A DNA stretch of 64,000 bases from an uncultured Acidobacteriota bacterium. GTDB taxonomy: Bacteria; Acidobacteriota; UBA6911; RPQK01; JAPXNP01. Below are positions 10,426-20,831 of this stretch, one piece after another; the first letter of the stretch is position 1, and every line of letters begins with the position of its first letter. The notes under the pieces are model-generated. The model saw only the letters and a program-made list of their open reading frames with translations. It was not told the DNA's origin and did no database searches. The DNA lies in NCBI GenBank assembly GCA_963777605.1, contig CAVZRV010000030.1, forward strand, positions 128,001 through 192,000, in the 5' to 3' direction. Both the position numbers and the translations under genes were made by a program.

Positions 10426-11424
10426 TTGTTGATCGGTCTGGTTTACGATTTGATTGATGATTACCTTGCCGACGGCTTTTCAGCCGAGGAGGCAGCCGAA
10501 TTCGATTCGCTCTCGACGATCGAAGGCCTGGAAGCAGCCTTGCGCTCGAACGGCCACGACGTGGAGCGCGTCGGCAGCGGTCGTCGCCTTTGCGGCCAAC
10601 TCGCTGCCGGCAGGCGGTGGGACCTGGTGTTCAACATTGCCGAGGGGATCAGCGGGCGCAGCCGTGAGGCGCAGGTCCCGGGTCTGCTGGACCTGTTCAA
10701 CCTTCCCTACACCTTTTCCGACGCGCTGGTCTGTGCGGTGACCCTCGACAAGGGAATGGCCAAGCGGATTGTTCGTGACGCCGGCCTGGCGACGCCGGCC
10801 TTTGCCGTTGTCAGCTCGCCCGCGGACGTTGACAAGGTTGACCTCCGGTATCCCGTTTTCGCCAAGCCGCTTTGCGAGGGTACGAGCAAGGGCATCGACG
10901 GTCGTTCCCGGGTGCCCCACCGTGAAGCCCTCGAGGAGCGCTGCACACACCTCCTCGACCGGCACAGGCAACCCGTACTCGTCGAGGAGTACCTTCCCGG
11001 AAGGGAGTTTACCGCCGGTATCATCGGTTCCGATTCCCAGTCCCGGGTGATCGGGATCATGGAGATCTCGATCCGGCAGAGTTCGCCGGTGGCCGACTAC
11101 TCCTACCAGGTGAAATGCGACTGGGAGCGTTTGGTCACGTACGAGCCTCTGCCAAACGGCGAACTCCGGGAGCAAATCGAGAGGCTGGCTTTGGGAGCCT
11201 ACCGGGTGCTGGGCTGCCGCGATGCCGGCCGTGTCGATATTCGGCTCGATGACAGGGGAAAGGCTTCTTTTATCGAGATCAATCCGCTTCCAGGTCTCAA
11301 TCCCGTCTACTCCGATCTGCCGATCCTGGCCGCTCAGCAGGGCTGGTCCTATCTTGAGCTGATCGGTGCGATCGTGGCTAGCGCCCGGGAACGAATCAGC
11401 GAAAAAGCCGGGGCCGCAACATGA
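10426..11424 (+). CDS. D-Ala-D-Ala ligase-like ATP-grasp enzyme
   Basis: TTG start after GAGGAGG; FNIAEG, REAQVP, LDK, KPLCEGTSKGI, EEYLPGREF, RVDIRL, EINPLPGL. Confidence 0.88.
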   Translation: MLIGLVYDLIDDYLADGFSAEEAAEFDSLSTIEGLEAALRSNGHDVERVGSGRRLCGQLAAGRRWDLVFNIAEGISGRSREAQVPGLLDLFNLPYTFSDALVCAVTLDKGMAKRIVRDAGLATPAFAVVSSPADVDKVDLRYPVFAKPLCEGTSKGIDGRSRVPHREALEERCTHLLDRHRQPVLVEEYLPGREFTAGIIGSDSQSRVIGIMEISIRQSSPVADYSYQVKCDWERLVTYEPLPNGELREQIERLALGAYRVLGCRDAGRVDIRLDDRGKASFIEINPLPGLNPVYSDLPILAAQQGWSYLELIGAIVASARERISEKAGAAT

Positions 11425-12953
11425 GACCGACCGTTCTGGTCCTTTTCAACACCCCTGGCAAGGGGGACGATCCGGGTGGCTGCTCGTACCGGGAATCCGA
11501 GGGGGGCGTCGCAGCGGAGGTCGCCGCCGTGGAAGCGGCGCTGCGGCAGTTGGAGATCCCGTTCCGTTCGGCCGGGGTCCACAGCGTTCGTGACCTCGAC
11601 GGCCTGTTCACGGTGGGTCGAGAACCGGTTGTGGTCAACCTGGTCGAGGCCCTGGATGGGCTGGATGAGTACGCCTGTCTGGTTCCCGACATCTGCCGCA
11701 GTTACGGCTGTACGGTCACCGGGAATTCAACTCGCTGCCTTGCACTGACGCTGGACAAGGCCGTCACAAAGTCGGTCCTGAGAGCATCCGGGATTCCCAC
11801 CCCCTGGTGGGTCCAGGTTTCGGTCGGAGAGGAGGTTCCCCGGATCCCACCCGAGTACTTTCCTCTGATCGTCAAGCCTTCCCGGTCCGATGCCAGTGAA
11901 GGGATCGATGCCCATTCAGTCATCGGACAGCCCGGTCCCGAACTTGCCGGCCTGGTGGATCGACTCCACCGGACAAGCGGCGAACCGGTGCTGGTCGAGC
12001 GCTACCTGGAGGGGCGCGAGTTCAACGTGGCTCTTCTCGAGGAGGCCGGGTCGGTTCGCGTTCTTCCGCCCGCGGAGATCCTTTTCAAAGGTTACCCGGC
12101 GGGTAAGCCGAGGATTGTCGATTACGCTGCAAAATGGTTGGAAGAAAGTTTCGAATACCGCAACACCGAGAGGCAGATTCCGGCGCAGATTTCCGATTCG
12201 GAGTTCCAGCAGATTCGGGACCTGGCACTGCGGAGTTGGACAGCGTGTGGATGTCGCGATTACGCCCGCGTCGACTTTCGGATGGAGGCGGACGGCCGTT
12301 GCTCGCTCCTCGAAGTCAATGCCAATCCTGACGTTGCGCCGGACGCCGGTTTTTCCGCCGCGCTGGACGCGGGGAGAATAGGATACCCAAAATTCGTCGC
12401 AACCATCGTGGACAATGCCCGCTCTCGTCATTTCGAGACCGTCCATTTGTCGGAGCAGCCTTCCGACGGTCCAGCCGGTCCGGAAGGTCGCGAGGGGATC
12501 TTCCGGACTGCTGCCGCGGAGGTCGGCCCCATCGTAGCGATGGTCGCTGAAACCGGGTTCTTTCGTCCCGATGAAGTCGAAATTGCGGCGGAAGTTCTCG
12601 AAAGTGCCGTTCACCGCGGGGACTATGAATCCTACACCTTCCGGGTTGAGGGAGCCGCGGTCGGCTGGGTCTGCTACGGAGCCACGCCGTGCACGATGGG
12701 TACGTACGATGTTTACTGGCTGGCGGTCTCTCCCGGACTCCAGGGACGGGGGATCGGTCATCGGTTGATGGACTTCGCCGAAGCGCGGATCCGCGAGGCG
12801 GGAGGCCGGATCGCCGTAGTGGAGACCGCAGGAAGACCGGATTACGAGCCGACAAGGAAGTTCTACGAACGGATCGGTTACCTTCTCGAGCATCAGATCA
12901 TCGATTTCTATGCTCCCGGAGACGACAAGATGATTTACTGCAAGAGATTCTAA
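11421..12953 (+). CDS. Ddl-like ATP-grasp enzyme fused to C-terminal GNAT
   Basis: NLVE, LDK, KPSRSDASEGI, ERYLEGREF, RVDFR, EVNANPD; GNAT LQGRGIG and FYERIGY. Confidence 0.88.
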   Translation: MRPTVLVLFNTPGKGDDPGGCSYRESEGGVAAEVAAVEAALRQLEIPFRSAGVHSVRDLDGLFTVGREPVVVNLVEALDGLDEYACLVPDICRSYGCTVTGNSTRCLALTLDKAVTKSVLRASGIPTPWWVQVSVGEEVPRIPPEYFPLIVKPSRSDASEGIDAHSVIGQPGPELAGLVDRLHRTSGEPVLVERYLEGREFNVALLEEAGSVRVLPPAEILFKGYPAGKPRIVDYAAKWLEESFEYRNTERQIPAQISDSEFQQIRDLALRSWTACGCRDYARVDFRMEADGRCSLLEVNANPDVAPDAGFSAALDAGRIGYPKFVATIVDNARSRHFETVHLSEQPSDGPAGPEGREGIFRTAAAEVGPIVAMVAETGFFRPDEVEIAAEVLESAVHRGDYESYTFRVEGAAVGWVCYGATPCTMGTYDVYWLAVSPGLQGRGIGHRLMDFAEARIREAGGRIAVVETAGRPDYEPTRKFYERIGYLLEHQIIDFYAPGDDKMIYCKRF

Positions 12954-13025
12954 TGATTGTGCTCTCCTTCTGATACCCTATCGGCTGCTGAGTGACTGTG
13001 TTCCAATGACCTACAAGGAGAAGAC

Positions 13026-13754
13026 ATGCGAAGGATAACTCTACTTCTGGCAGCAACGATCACCTGCTGCATTCTCGCTGGCCGTGTCGGGGCTGTGGAA
13101 GTGCCTCAGTTTCGTGATCTGTTCAACGGGAAGGACCTGAGCGGGTGGGTCAACGTCAACACCGACCCCGATACCTGGTCGGTTCGCGACGGCATGATCA
13201 TCTGCAAGGGGCAACCCATTGGTGTCATGCGGAGTGAACGGCAGTACGAGAATTTCATTCTTCACATTGAGTGGATGCATATGGAGCCCGGAGGGAACTC
13301 GGGCGTCTTCGTCTGGAGCAATGCCGCCCCTCCGGAAGGCCAGAGGCTGCCCAACGGAGTAGAGGTCCAAATGTTGGAGCTGGAGTGGCCCTTCATCAAT
13401 AAGGACCGCAACGGTCAGCCCCGTCCCCTCGCTTACGTGCATGGAGAACTGTTTGGAGTGGGGGGCGTCGTGACGACGCCGGACAATCCTCGCGGCCGGC
13501 GGAGCAAGTCGATTGAGAATCGCTGCTTGCCCAAGGGTGAGTGGAATACCTACGATGTTGTCTGCGTTGACGGAGTGATCAAACTTGCCGTAAACGGAAA
13601 GTTCGTCAACGGCATCAGTCATTCCACTCAGAGAAAAGGGTATCTCTGCCTGGAGTCGGAAGGGGCCGAGATTCATTTCAGGAACATCAAGATCCTGGAA
13701 CTCCCGCCGGGAGTCCTGACCCCGGACCAGATTGCCCCGGTGATCAACCGGTAG
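13026..13754 (+). CDS. DUF1080 (3-keto-disaccharide hydrolase-like) secreted protein
   Basis: Signal peptide; [30 protein letters not shown]. Confidence 0.88.
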   Translation: MRRITLLLAATITCCILAGRVGAVEVPQFRDLFNGKDLSGWVNVNTDPDTWSVRDGMIICKGQPIGVMRSERQYENFILHIEWMHMEPGGNSGVFVWSNAAPPEGQRLPNGVEVQMLELEWPFINKDRNGQPRPLAYVHGELFGVGGVVTTPDNPRGRRSKSIENRCLPKGEWNTYDVVCVDGVIKLAVNGKFVNGISHSTQRKGYLCLESEGAEIHFRNIKILELPPGVLTPDQIAPVINR

Positions 13755-13966
13755 ATTTCCGCCTCTAATTTTGCCAGTCCCGGATTCGGGTTTGCCCTTT
13801 CCGCTACCTCGGATTCGGGGCCGGCAGGAATGCCCTCCTGCTCGCTTTTTCTGATTTCTCTTGACGGTTGATCGGTCCGTCGTGTATTCAAAGGACAAGC
13901 TTTGCCCCGTTTCGGGTTGCACTTCTTCGAACTTGAGGGCAGCTGTATTTTTCACCGATTGGTCGC

Positions 13967-15226
13967 ATGGCGAAAACTAACTTGCGCTGGATAGGCGTTA
14001 CGATTGCGGTCGGCTTTCTTCTTCTGGGCGAAGCTGTTGGCCAGAACGAGGACGTAACGGGGCAACCGGGTTCGAGGTCACTGACGGGTTACAACCGCAG
14101 GCGCTCGGCTACCGCCCATATCCCGCTTATCAACCTGGTCGGACGAGTCCTCATGGATACCGGGGAGGCGCCCAGCGAAATCGTCCAGGTCGAACTGGTC
14201 TGTAACGGTCGGGTCAGATCCCAAACCCCGACGGGGGCAGACGGCAGCTTCAGCTTTGATCTTGGCGGGCCCCGGAACGACGACATGCTGGATCCGTCGG
14301 TTGGTGGAAGCTACGACGGAAGCCTGCGATCGATTGGAAATCTGTCTCGACCCGGCCCGGGACAGGTGTTTGGGAGCACATCAGGATCCTCGCCAGACCG
14401 CGTCATCCTGGGGGGCTGTGAAATCCGGGCTGCCCCAAAACCGGGCTTTGCGTCGGAGACCATTAATCTCAGGGCTCGCGACACCATCGACAATCCCGAC
14501 GTCGGCGTTCTCATTCTGAGGCGACTCTCCAACGCGGACGCGACCACCGTGAGTCTTAACACTTTGGCTGCTCCCAAGAAGGCCCACGACGCGTTTGAAG
14601 CCGCGCAAAAGGCAATCGCCCAGAAGAAGCCTGATTTGAAGAAGGCGACCAAGCTGTTGAAGCGCGCCGTCGATGCCTATCCACGCTTTTCAGCCGCATG
14701 GGAGCTGCTCGCCCGGGTCCAGTTGTCGCAGGATAAGACTGCCGACGCGGTCAGCTCGCTTCAGAAGGCGGTTGAGGCCGAGCCCGGCTTTATCTCCCCG
14801 TACCTCGTCCTGGCGCAGATCTCGATTCAAAAGAGTGACTGGGCGAGCACAGCGGAGTGGACTAGCAAGGTTCTTTCCTTTGACAAGGAAAACGCAACCT
14901 CACTTTACTGGAATGGCCTCTCCCACTATTACCTCGCCCGGTTCGACCGGGCCGAGCCGATCCTTGCGGGACTCTACCGGAAGGGCCGGGAACTGGAAGA
15001 GGAGTACCCGTTCGGGCTCTTGCCGCTCGGTGTGATGCACGCCAACCAGGGAAGAATTCGGGAGGCCGCCCGGGAATTCAGGAGTTATCTCCAGTTCATG
15101 CCCGAGGCTCGGGTCTCCGTGGAACAGCGCGGCCAACTCCTCAGCCAGATCGCCACGTGGGAACGGGCGGGATTGATCGAGGAAAAGGCTGACGACTCTA
15201 CGATCGCCCGCAAGACACCCGAATAG
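13967..15226 (+). CDS. Secreted TPR protein with N-terminal beta-sandwich domain
   Basis: Signal peptide; TVSLNTLAAPKKA linker followed by TPR-like helices. Confidence 0.75.
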   Translation: MAKTNLRWIGVTIAVGFLLLGEAVGQNEDVTGQPGSRSLTGYNRRRSATAHIPLINLVGRVLMDTGEAPSEIVQVELVCNGRVRSQTPTGADGSFSFDLGGPRNDDMLDPSVGGSYDGSLRSIGNLSRPGPGQVFGSTSGSSPDRVILGGCEIRAAPKPGFASETINLRARDTIDNPDVGVLILRRLSNADATTVSLNTLAAPKKAHDAFEAAQKAIAQKKPDLKKATKLLKRAVDAYPRFSAAWELLARVQLSQDKTADAVSSLQKAVEAEPGFISPYLVLAQISIQKSDWASTAEWTSKVLSFDKENATSLYWNGLSHYYLARFDRAEPILAGLYRKGRELEEEYPFGLLPLGVMHANQGRIREAAREFRSYLQFMPEARVSVEQRGQLLSQIATWERAGLIEEKADDSTIARKTPE

Positions 15227-15229
15227 CGG

Positions 15230-17242
15230 TCAGTCCGGTCTCTTTTCATCGGGGTGATTTCGAAAGAGCGAGGGGGGGGCAGGTTTCTTTTCGGTCTTGT
15301 CCAGGTTTGAGGCGCTCTGGGTCAGTGCATCCTGCACCTTGCGTCGTTCTTCCAGGGTCAGGGTCTGCAGGTCGTGGTCATTGAATCCCAGCCGCTTCCC
15401 GACCTCCGCCAGCCTCTTTTGACCGATTTCCCCCAGGTCCCCACCCAGTGCCGCCGTCCGAGCGAACCAGCTGAGTGCTTCTTTGGCCTTACCCGCTCTC
15501 AGGAGGGCCTCCCCGAGCCGAAATGAAGCGTACTGGTGATGAGGCGCATACTCGATTGCCTGTTCGAGTCGGTGAATGGACTGGTTCAAGAGTTGGCGGG
15601 CGGCTTCTCCCTGGGCCTCAACTGCCCGGCCGAGGTAGACACGCCCCAACGCATAGCAGGCGTCGCTGGAGACCTGATCCCGTCGCATGGTCCAGTCGGA
15701 TTCCGCTTCACCAGTTCGTCTTCCGATCTTGTCGGCCGCGTTCAACGTCTCTAGAGCTCTTTGTTCGGCCTCGGTCACGCGTCCGGATTCGGAATAGACC
15801 AGGGCCAGGTACCCGGACAGCTCAGGAAAGACCGGGATCGCCTCGAGGACTTTTTCACTCTGGGCCACGAAATTGGGGACATCGTTGTTCCGCCGGTAGA
15901 TGCTGGCGAGTATGTAGTGAGCATAGGGTGCCATGCCACCGTCCGGGAACTCCTTGAGGAAGGCTTCAGATGCGGATTTCTGGTTCTCGATTCCCTCGGC
16001 TTTTTCAACTGCCTCCCAGGCGCGGGATTCCTGGGGCGAAGAAGGGCGACCCACGACCCGAGCGGCCTTGTCAGGTGCGGGTCCAACAGGTTCACCCCTT
16101 CGGTCAGTGCGAACCGGGCCGTCGGCAGGAGGCGTTTCGACGATCGCCTCTGTTGGCTTGTCGGCAGGGGGGGAATCCTTTCGGTTGTTCAACCGGTCCA
16201 GTCGAAGTCGCGCGAGGTCGGAAAAGATGCCTGAGGGAAACCGTTTCAAGAAGAGCCGGAAGTCTTCGGAATGAGCACTGTTCTCGATCGATTTCCAGAA
16301 AGTGATCTCGGCCGTCTCGGAAATGTCGGGACTCGGTTTTGCCGGTTTGACGACTGGGTCGGGGGACAGGTCCCGGCCGGGGACCATGAAAATGAACTCA
16401 CCTTCACCGCTCCGGCCGAGTTGGGGATTTTGCCGGGCCTGCCAGTTGGAAAGCGCCGTTTGGGCCACGCCGGGTTCGATATAGGCATAAAGTTCGCTCG
16501 AGGTCAGAATGCCGTCTCCGTTCGAATCCCCATTGCCTTCCAGGGCCTCGACGAAGAAATAGGTGAACAGCCCCTGTCCGCGCCACTCGTGGGCCTCCTG
16601 GTCGGCCCGCCCGGCCGTCAGGGCGAGGCGCACCTTCTTCTGGGTAACCTGCCGAAGATAGTCCTCAAGCGTTGTGGGCAGTCCCACGCTGCGGGTCGAC
16701 AGCGCCAGTCCCGAGTAGCAGGCATCGGCGACGAACATGACGTGCTTGCTCGGATAAAGAGCGAAGATTCGCTGGAGTTCGCTCATGGCGATTCCGGTCG
16801 CCATCCGACGTTCGTTGTCCCCTTCTACCGGCATCAGGTAACCCATCGCCGCGTCTCCTTCGCCCACCGTCACGCCGTGGCCGGCGAAATAGATCAGGAC
16901 CCGATCGCCATATTTCAGCACTGGAATGAGCCGGTCCCCAAGTTCGGTCGTAATCCGGGTTCGGGTGGCATCACGGTTCAGGAGCAGGCGGACGTCGAAC
17001 TTGTGCTGCTTCTCCAGAACCTCCGCCACGTGCCTGGCATCGGGAACGGCCCCGGGAAGATCGGGGAGGCTCTGGTAATCTGAAATACCGATCACTACAG
17101 CGTAGGATCGGTTGTAGACGCGGGATTCACCCCCCGGCCCGATCAAATCGTTGGACGACGCCTTGTAGATGAGCGAACCCAGGTCCTGGGCCTGCACGGG
17201 AATCCCCATGCCGAGGAAAAGAATAAGAATCAATCGTGTCAT
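15230..17242 (-). CDS. Secreted caspase-family (peptidase C14) protein with TPR repeats
   Basis: Signal peptide from ATG 17242; AVVIGISDY, YFAGHG (His), DACYSG (Cys), GLFT, QNP; TPR C-terminus. Confidence 0.85.
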   Translation of the reverse strand: MTRLILILFLGMGIPVQAQDLGSLIYKASSNDLIGPGGESRVYNRSYAVVIGISDYQSLPDLPGAVPDARHVAEVLEKQHKFDVRLLLNRDATRTRITTELGDRLIPVLKYGDRVLIYFAGHGVTVGEGDAAMGYLMPVEGDNERRMATGIAMSELQRIFALYPSKHVMFVADACYSGLALSTRSVGLPTTLEDYLRQVTQKKVRLALTAGRADQEAHEWRGQGLFTYFFVEALEGNGDSNGDGILTSSELYAYIEPGVAQTALSNWQARQNPQLGRSGEGEFIFMVPGRDLSPDPVVKPAKPSPDISETAEITFWKSIENSAHSEDFRLFLKRFPSGIFSDLARLRLDRLNNRKDSPPADKPTEAIVETPPADGPVRTDRRGEPVGPAPDKAARVVGRPSSPQESRAWEAVEKAEGIENQKSASEAFLKEFPDGGMAPYAHYILASIYRRNNDVPNFVAQSEKVLEAIPVFPELSGYLALVYSESGRVTEAEQRALETLNAADKIGRRTGEAESDWTMRRDQVSSDACYALGRVYLGRAVEAQGEAARQLLNQSIHRLEQAIEYAPHHQYASFRLGEALLRAGKAKEALSWFARTAALGGDLGEIGQKRLAEVGKRLGFNDHDLQTLTLEERRKVQDALTQSASNLDKTEKKPAPPSLFRNHPDEKRPD

Positions 17243-17459
17243 CCCAACGACTCTCATCAGGATCGCTACGCGACGCCGCTGGAAATCAGATTCCTCATGC
17301 GTCGCGCCGATGGCCCAAAGCTGAACAAGTGGAAACCACCCAAGCAAGCGGGCGAGAAATTAAAGTTAGTGTACCGCGAGCACAGGGAAACCCGCAAGCA
17401 GTTCATTCACAGTGGGATTCCGAGCATTCCCCGACTGGCCTATACTAAACTGCAAAGCC

Positions 17460-18779
17460 ATGACTACTCAGCGTGAGAAGATGTTGACCCCCTACACGAA
17501 TAAGTTGAGGGCGGCGCAGCAGGAGTACTTGTTTCCCTGCCTCAAACCTCTATACGAGGAACCCATCGCAATAGTCGAGGCCAACGGGGTGACCGTCATC
17601 GATGCGGAAGGTGAGGCGTACCTCGACTTTTTCGCCGGTATCCTGACAACCTCCATCGGGCATTGTCACCCCGAGGTCGTGGCGCGAGTCCGAGATCAAA
17701 TCGGTCGCTTGGGGCATACTTCGACGCTGTACATTACCGAGAACCAGATCAACGTCGCACGCAAGCTGGAGGCGATTGCACCGGGTTCGCTGAAGACATG
17801 CTTCTTTACCAACAGCGGGACCGAGGCCGTCGAGACGGCAATGATGCTGGCTCAACAATACACGGGTCGCCAGGAGATCATCGCGCTCCGCCACGGCTAT
17901 TCCGGCCGCAGCGCTTTAGCGGCGACACTGACGGCCCAAGCGCCGTGGCGTCCCCTTTCGAGCGCCGCACCATACGTCCGCCATGCCCTGTCGCCGTACC
18001 CCTATCGCGGTCCCTGCGAGGCGTCCGGCAGTGACCTCGGTGAGCGGTTTGCTGAGGATCTTGAAGAGGTCATTCAGACCACCACCAACGGGCGACCGGC
18101 GGCGTTCTTTGCTGAGACCATCCAGGGGGTGGGTGGTTACATCGTCCCTCCGCCCGGCTACTTTCAGCGGGCCGCCGAGATTATCCGCCGCTACGGCGGG
18201 CTCTTCATAAGTGATGAAGTCCAAACGGCTTTTGGACGAACCGGGGACAGATGGTTCGGGATCGAGCACTGGGATGTCGAGCCCGACATCATCGTGATGG
18301 CCAAGGGCATTGCCAATGGGTTTCCGGTCGGTGCCACGATTACCCGGCCGGAGATCGCAGCAGGCTGGACGGCGAAGACGATCTCGACCTACGGCGGCAA
18401 TCCGGTCGCGATGGCGGCGGCCGAGGCGACGCTGGACGTGATGCGGCGCGAAGATACGCCAAAACGTTCCGCTGAACGCGGCCTCCAGCTCCGCGAGGGG
18501 CTGAAAGGCCTGTACGAAGAGCATCCTTGGATTGGTGAAGTGCGCGGCATGGGTCTCATGCAGGCGATGGAGCTGGTTGAAGACCGCCAAGGCAAGGCTC
18601 CTGCTCCGAAAAGAGCCGCTGCTCTTCTTGAAGCCGCCAAAGCCGAAGGGTTGCTGCTTGGCCTTGGAGGCCTGAATGGTCACGTTGTCCGAATGGGTCC
18701 GTCGATGCTGGTCACCGAAGTCGAGGTGGCGGATGCCTTGGCTCGCCTGGGTCGCGCCTGCCGGAGGGTGGACAGTTGA
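17460..18779 (+). CDS. Class-III PLP aminotransferase (AGXT2/omega-amino acid type)
   Basis: YLDFFAG, GHCHP, NSGTEA, DEVQTAFGRTG, MAKGIANG, TYGGNP. Confidence 0.9.
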   Translation: MTTQREKMLTPYTNKLRAAQQEYLFPCLKPLYEEPIAIVEANGVTVIDAEGEAYLDFFAGILTTSIGHCHPEVVARVRDQIGRLGHTSTLYITENQINVARKLEAIAPGSLKTCFFTNSGTEAVETAMMLAQQYTGRQEIIALRHGYSGRSALAATLTAQAPWRPLSSAAPYVRHALSPYPYRGPCEASGSDLGERFAEDLEEVIQTTTNGRPAAFFAETIQGVGGYIVPPPGYFQRAAEIIRRYGGLFISDEVQTAFGRTGDRWFGIEHWDVEPDIIVMAKGIANGFPVGATITRPEIAAGWTAKTISTYGGNPVAMAAAEATLDVMRREDTPKRSAERGLQLREGLKGLYEEHPWIGEVRGMGLMQAMELVEDRQGKAPAPKRAAALLEAAKAEGLLLGLGGLNGHVVRMGPSMLVTEVEVADALARLGRACRRVDS

Positions 18780-19038
18780 GCAACTCGGCACTGCCGACTA
18801 TCCAGACCGGGTTTTGAGGAAAGTGCGAGGGGCCAACGTTAAGAGCGGTGCCGGATAGACCGTGTTCTGTGGACGTGTTCCGATTAGCTGGACAGCGAGG
18901 GGTCCTTGAAATGCTTCAACCTTGATCCTCGAACTGTTCACGACATTGATCCTTGAGCTTCGTTGAACTTCCGGCGCTGATGATCAACAGGTTCTGGGGA
19001 ATCCGATGACGTGAGTTTTGTAGCGAACTGGAGGAACG

Positions 19039-19179
19039 ATGATCGCCGGTTTACCCTGGACGGCCTGGCTGCTGCTGCTCGTTTCCGTAGGGTTGGGTCT
19101 CGGTATCGTTCTGAACTTCTATCGAACCCACCGGCGGAAAGGGCCTTCTGCTGCAGTGGATAACGACGAAACCGGCTGA
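19039..19179 (+). CDS. 46-aa single-TM small protein, probable symporter partner
   Basis: GGAGG RBS, ATG 19039, MIAGLPWTAWLLLLVSVGLGLGIVLNFYRTHRRKG..., stop 4 nt before the symporter ATG; too short for the ORF track. Confidence 0.7.
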   Translation: MIAGLPWTAWLLLLVSVGLGLGIVLNFYRTHRRKGPSAAVDNDETG

Positions 19180-19183
19180 AGGC

Positions 19184-20719
19184 ATGGCGTCTTACACGGT
19201 CATCGGTGTATTCATCGGATACCTCCTGGTTCTGCTGGGTTTCGGCGTCTGGGGAAGCCGGGAGTCAGACAGCATAGTCGGGTACTACCTGGCCGGCAAG
19301 AAGCTGCCATCGTGGGTGATCGCCTTTAGTTCCAACGCGACAGGTGAAAGCGGATGGCTCTTGTTGGGGCTGACCGGGATGGGGTACCTCGTGGGTATCC
19401 ACGCCCTCTGGGTTGTACTCGGTGAGGTGATGGGAGTAACGCTGGGTTGGGTGCTCGTCGCCCGGCCGTTCAAGGCATACACCGATCGGTATGGAGCCGT
19501 TACCGTGCCGGATTTCCTGGAGGCCCGCTTTCGGGACACCGGGCACTGGCTTCGGTTCCTGAGCGTCACGATTATCCTGTCGATGGTGACGGTGTACCTG
19601 GCGGCACAGCTGGTCGCCACCGGGAAGGCGTTTCAGACCTTCCTGGGGATGAGCTATGTCGGCGGGGTGCTGCTCGGCGCTGCCATCACACTGTTCTATA
19701 CGACGGTTGGCGGGTTCAAGGCTGTGGCCTACACGGACCTGCTGCAGGGAGTCCTGATGGCGGCGGGACTCGTAACCCTGGCGGTTGTGGGAATTGTTGC
19801 GGCCGGTGGCTGGCTGCCGTTGATGCATCAGCTCCAGGAGATCGACCCGGCGTTGCTACTCCCGATGGGAAAGCACGGCGTGTCCGCTTCCGGTGTGATC
19901 AGCGCGGTCGGTTTTGTTGGCGTCGGACTGGCATTCCTGGGTGTGCCGCAGCTGCTCGTACGATTCATGGCTGCCAAAAACGAACAGGAGATCGTCTCGG
20001 GAAGTGTCGTCGCTGTGATCTGCATCATCCTGTTCGACGTCGGAGCCGTCTTTTCCGGGATGGCTGGCCGAGTCCTGTTCCCAGGTCTGAAGGACGCGGA
20101 AACGATCATGCCCAGGATGAGCACGGACCTTTTCCCCCCCCTTATCACAGGGATCTTTGTGGTCGTCGTCTTGGCCGCCATCATGTCTACGGTTGATTCG
20201 CTCTTGATTCTGGCATCCTCGGCGGTGGTGCGAGACCTGGTCCAAAAGGTATTCCAGCCGGCTCTCCCAGAGCGTCGTCTTTCACGCTATGGCCAGTGGA
20301 CGACAGTTATTCTGGGTGTTCTGGCCATCCCGTTTGCCATAGCGCAAGTGCAGGTGATTTTCTGGTTTGTCCTGTTTGCCTGGTCAGGGCTGGCAACAGC
20401 CTTTGCACCGGTCGTGTTGTGCGCGCTCTTTTGGAAGCGCACCACTCTGCCCGGCGCGGTCGTCGGCATGGCTGGGGGGTTCCTGACGACCGTCCTCTGG
20501 GTATTGGCTTTCAAGGCGCAATTCTACGACCTCTACGAGATGATCCCAGGTTTTCTAGTGGGGACGATTCTAACGATTCTCGTAAGCCTCGGCACCGCTC
20601 GACCGGAAGGAGCCGGAGAAGAGTTCGAGTCGGTCAAGCGGGCTTTGGGATCGACTGCGCAGGGCACCAGACCAGAATGGGAGTCCCCCGGCTCTTCCGG
20701 GGAGGCAGCCGTAGTCTGA
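19184..20719 (+). CDS. putP: Sodium/solute symporter, PutP-like
   Basis: YYLAGKKL, SGWLLLGLTG, GGFKAVAYTD, AAIMSTVDS, LYEMIPGF; many TM helices; substrate unproven. Confidence 0.82.
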   Translation: MASYTVIGVFIGYLLVLLGFGVWGSRESDSIVGYYLAGKKLPSWVIAFSSNATGESGWLLLGLTGMGYLVGIHALWVVLGEVMGVTLGWVLVARPFKAYTDRYGAVTVPDFLEARFRDTGHWLRFLSVTIILSMVTVYLAAQLVATGKAFQTFLGMSYVGGVLLGAAITLFYTTVGGFKAVAYTDLLQGVLMAAGLVTLAVVGIVAAGGWLPLMHQLQEIDPALLLPMGKHGVSASGVISAVGFVGVGLAFLGVPQLLVRFMAAKNEQEIVSGSVVAVICIILFDVGAVFSGMAGRVLFPGLKDAETIMPRMSTDLFPPLITGIFVVVVLAAIMSTVDSLLILASSAVVRDLVQKVFQPALPERRLSRYGQWTTVILGVLAIPFAIAQVQVIFWFVLFAWSGLATAFAPVVLCALFWKRTTLPGAVVGMAGGFLTTVLWVLAFKAQFYDLYEMIPGFLVGTILTILVSLGTARPEGAGEEFESVKRALGSTAQGTRPEWESPGSSGEAAVV

Positions 20720-20831
20720 CATTTGCGGAACTCTGAGGGAGAGTTCCCCTTCGTAAGCCGACCAAAACTGCACGAAAGGGAGTTCAATGACGACAGCAGC
20801 ATCCGGGTGTCGATCGGTCGATCGAACCAAT

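Noticed and set aside
10426-12953. Housekeeping ddl or van-type resistance ligases
   Set aside because: No mur/fts or vanH/vanX context, and the canonical N-terminal GGxSxE motif is missing.
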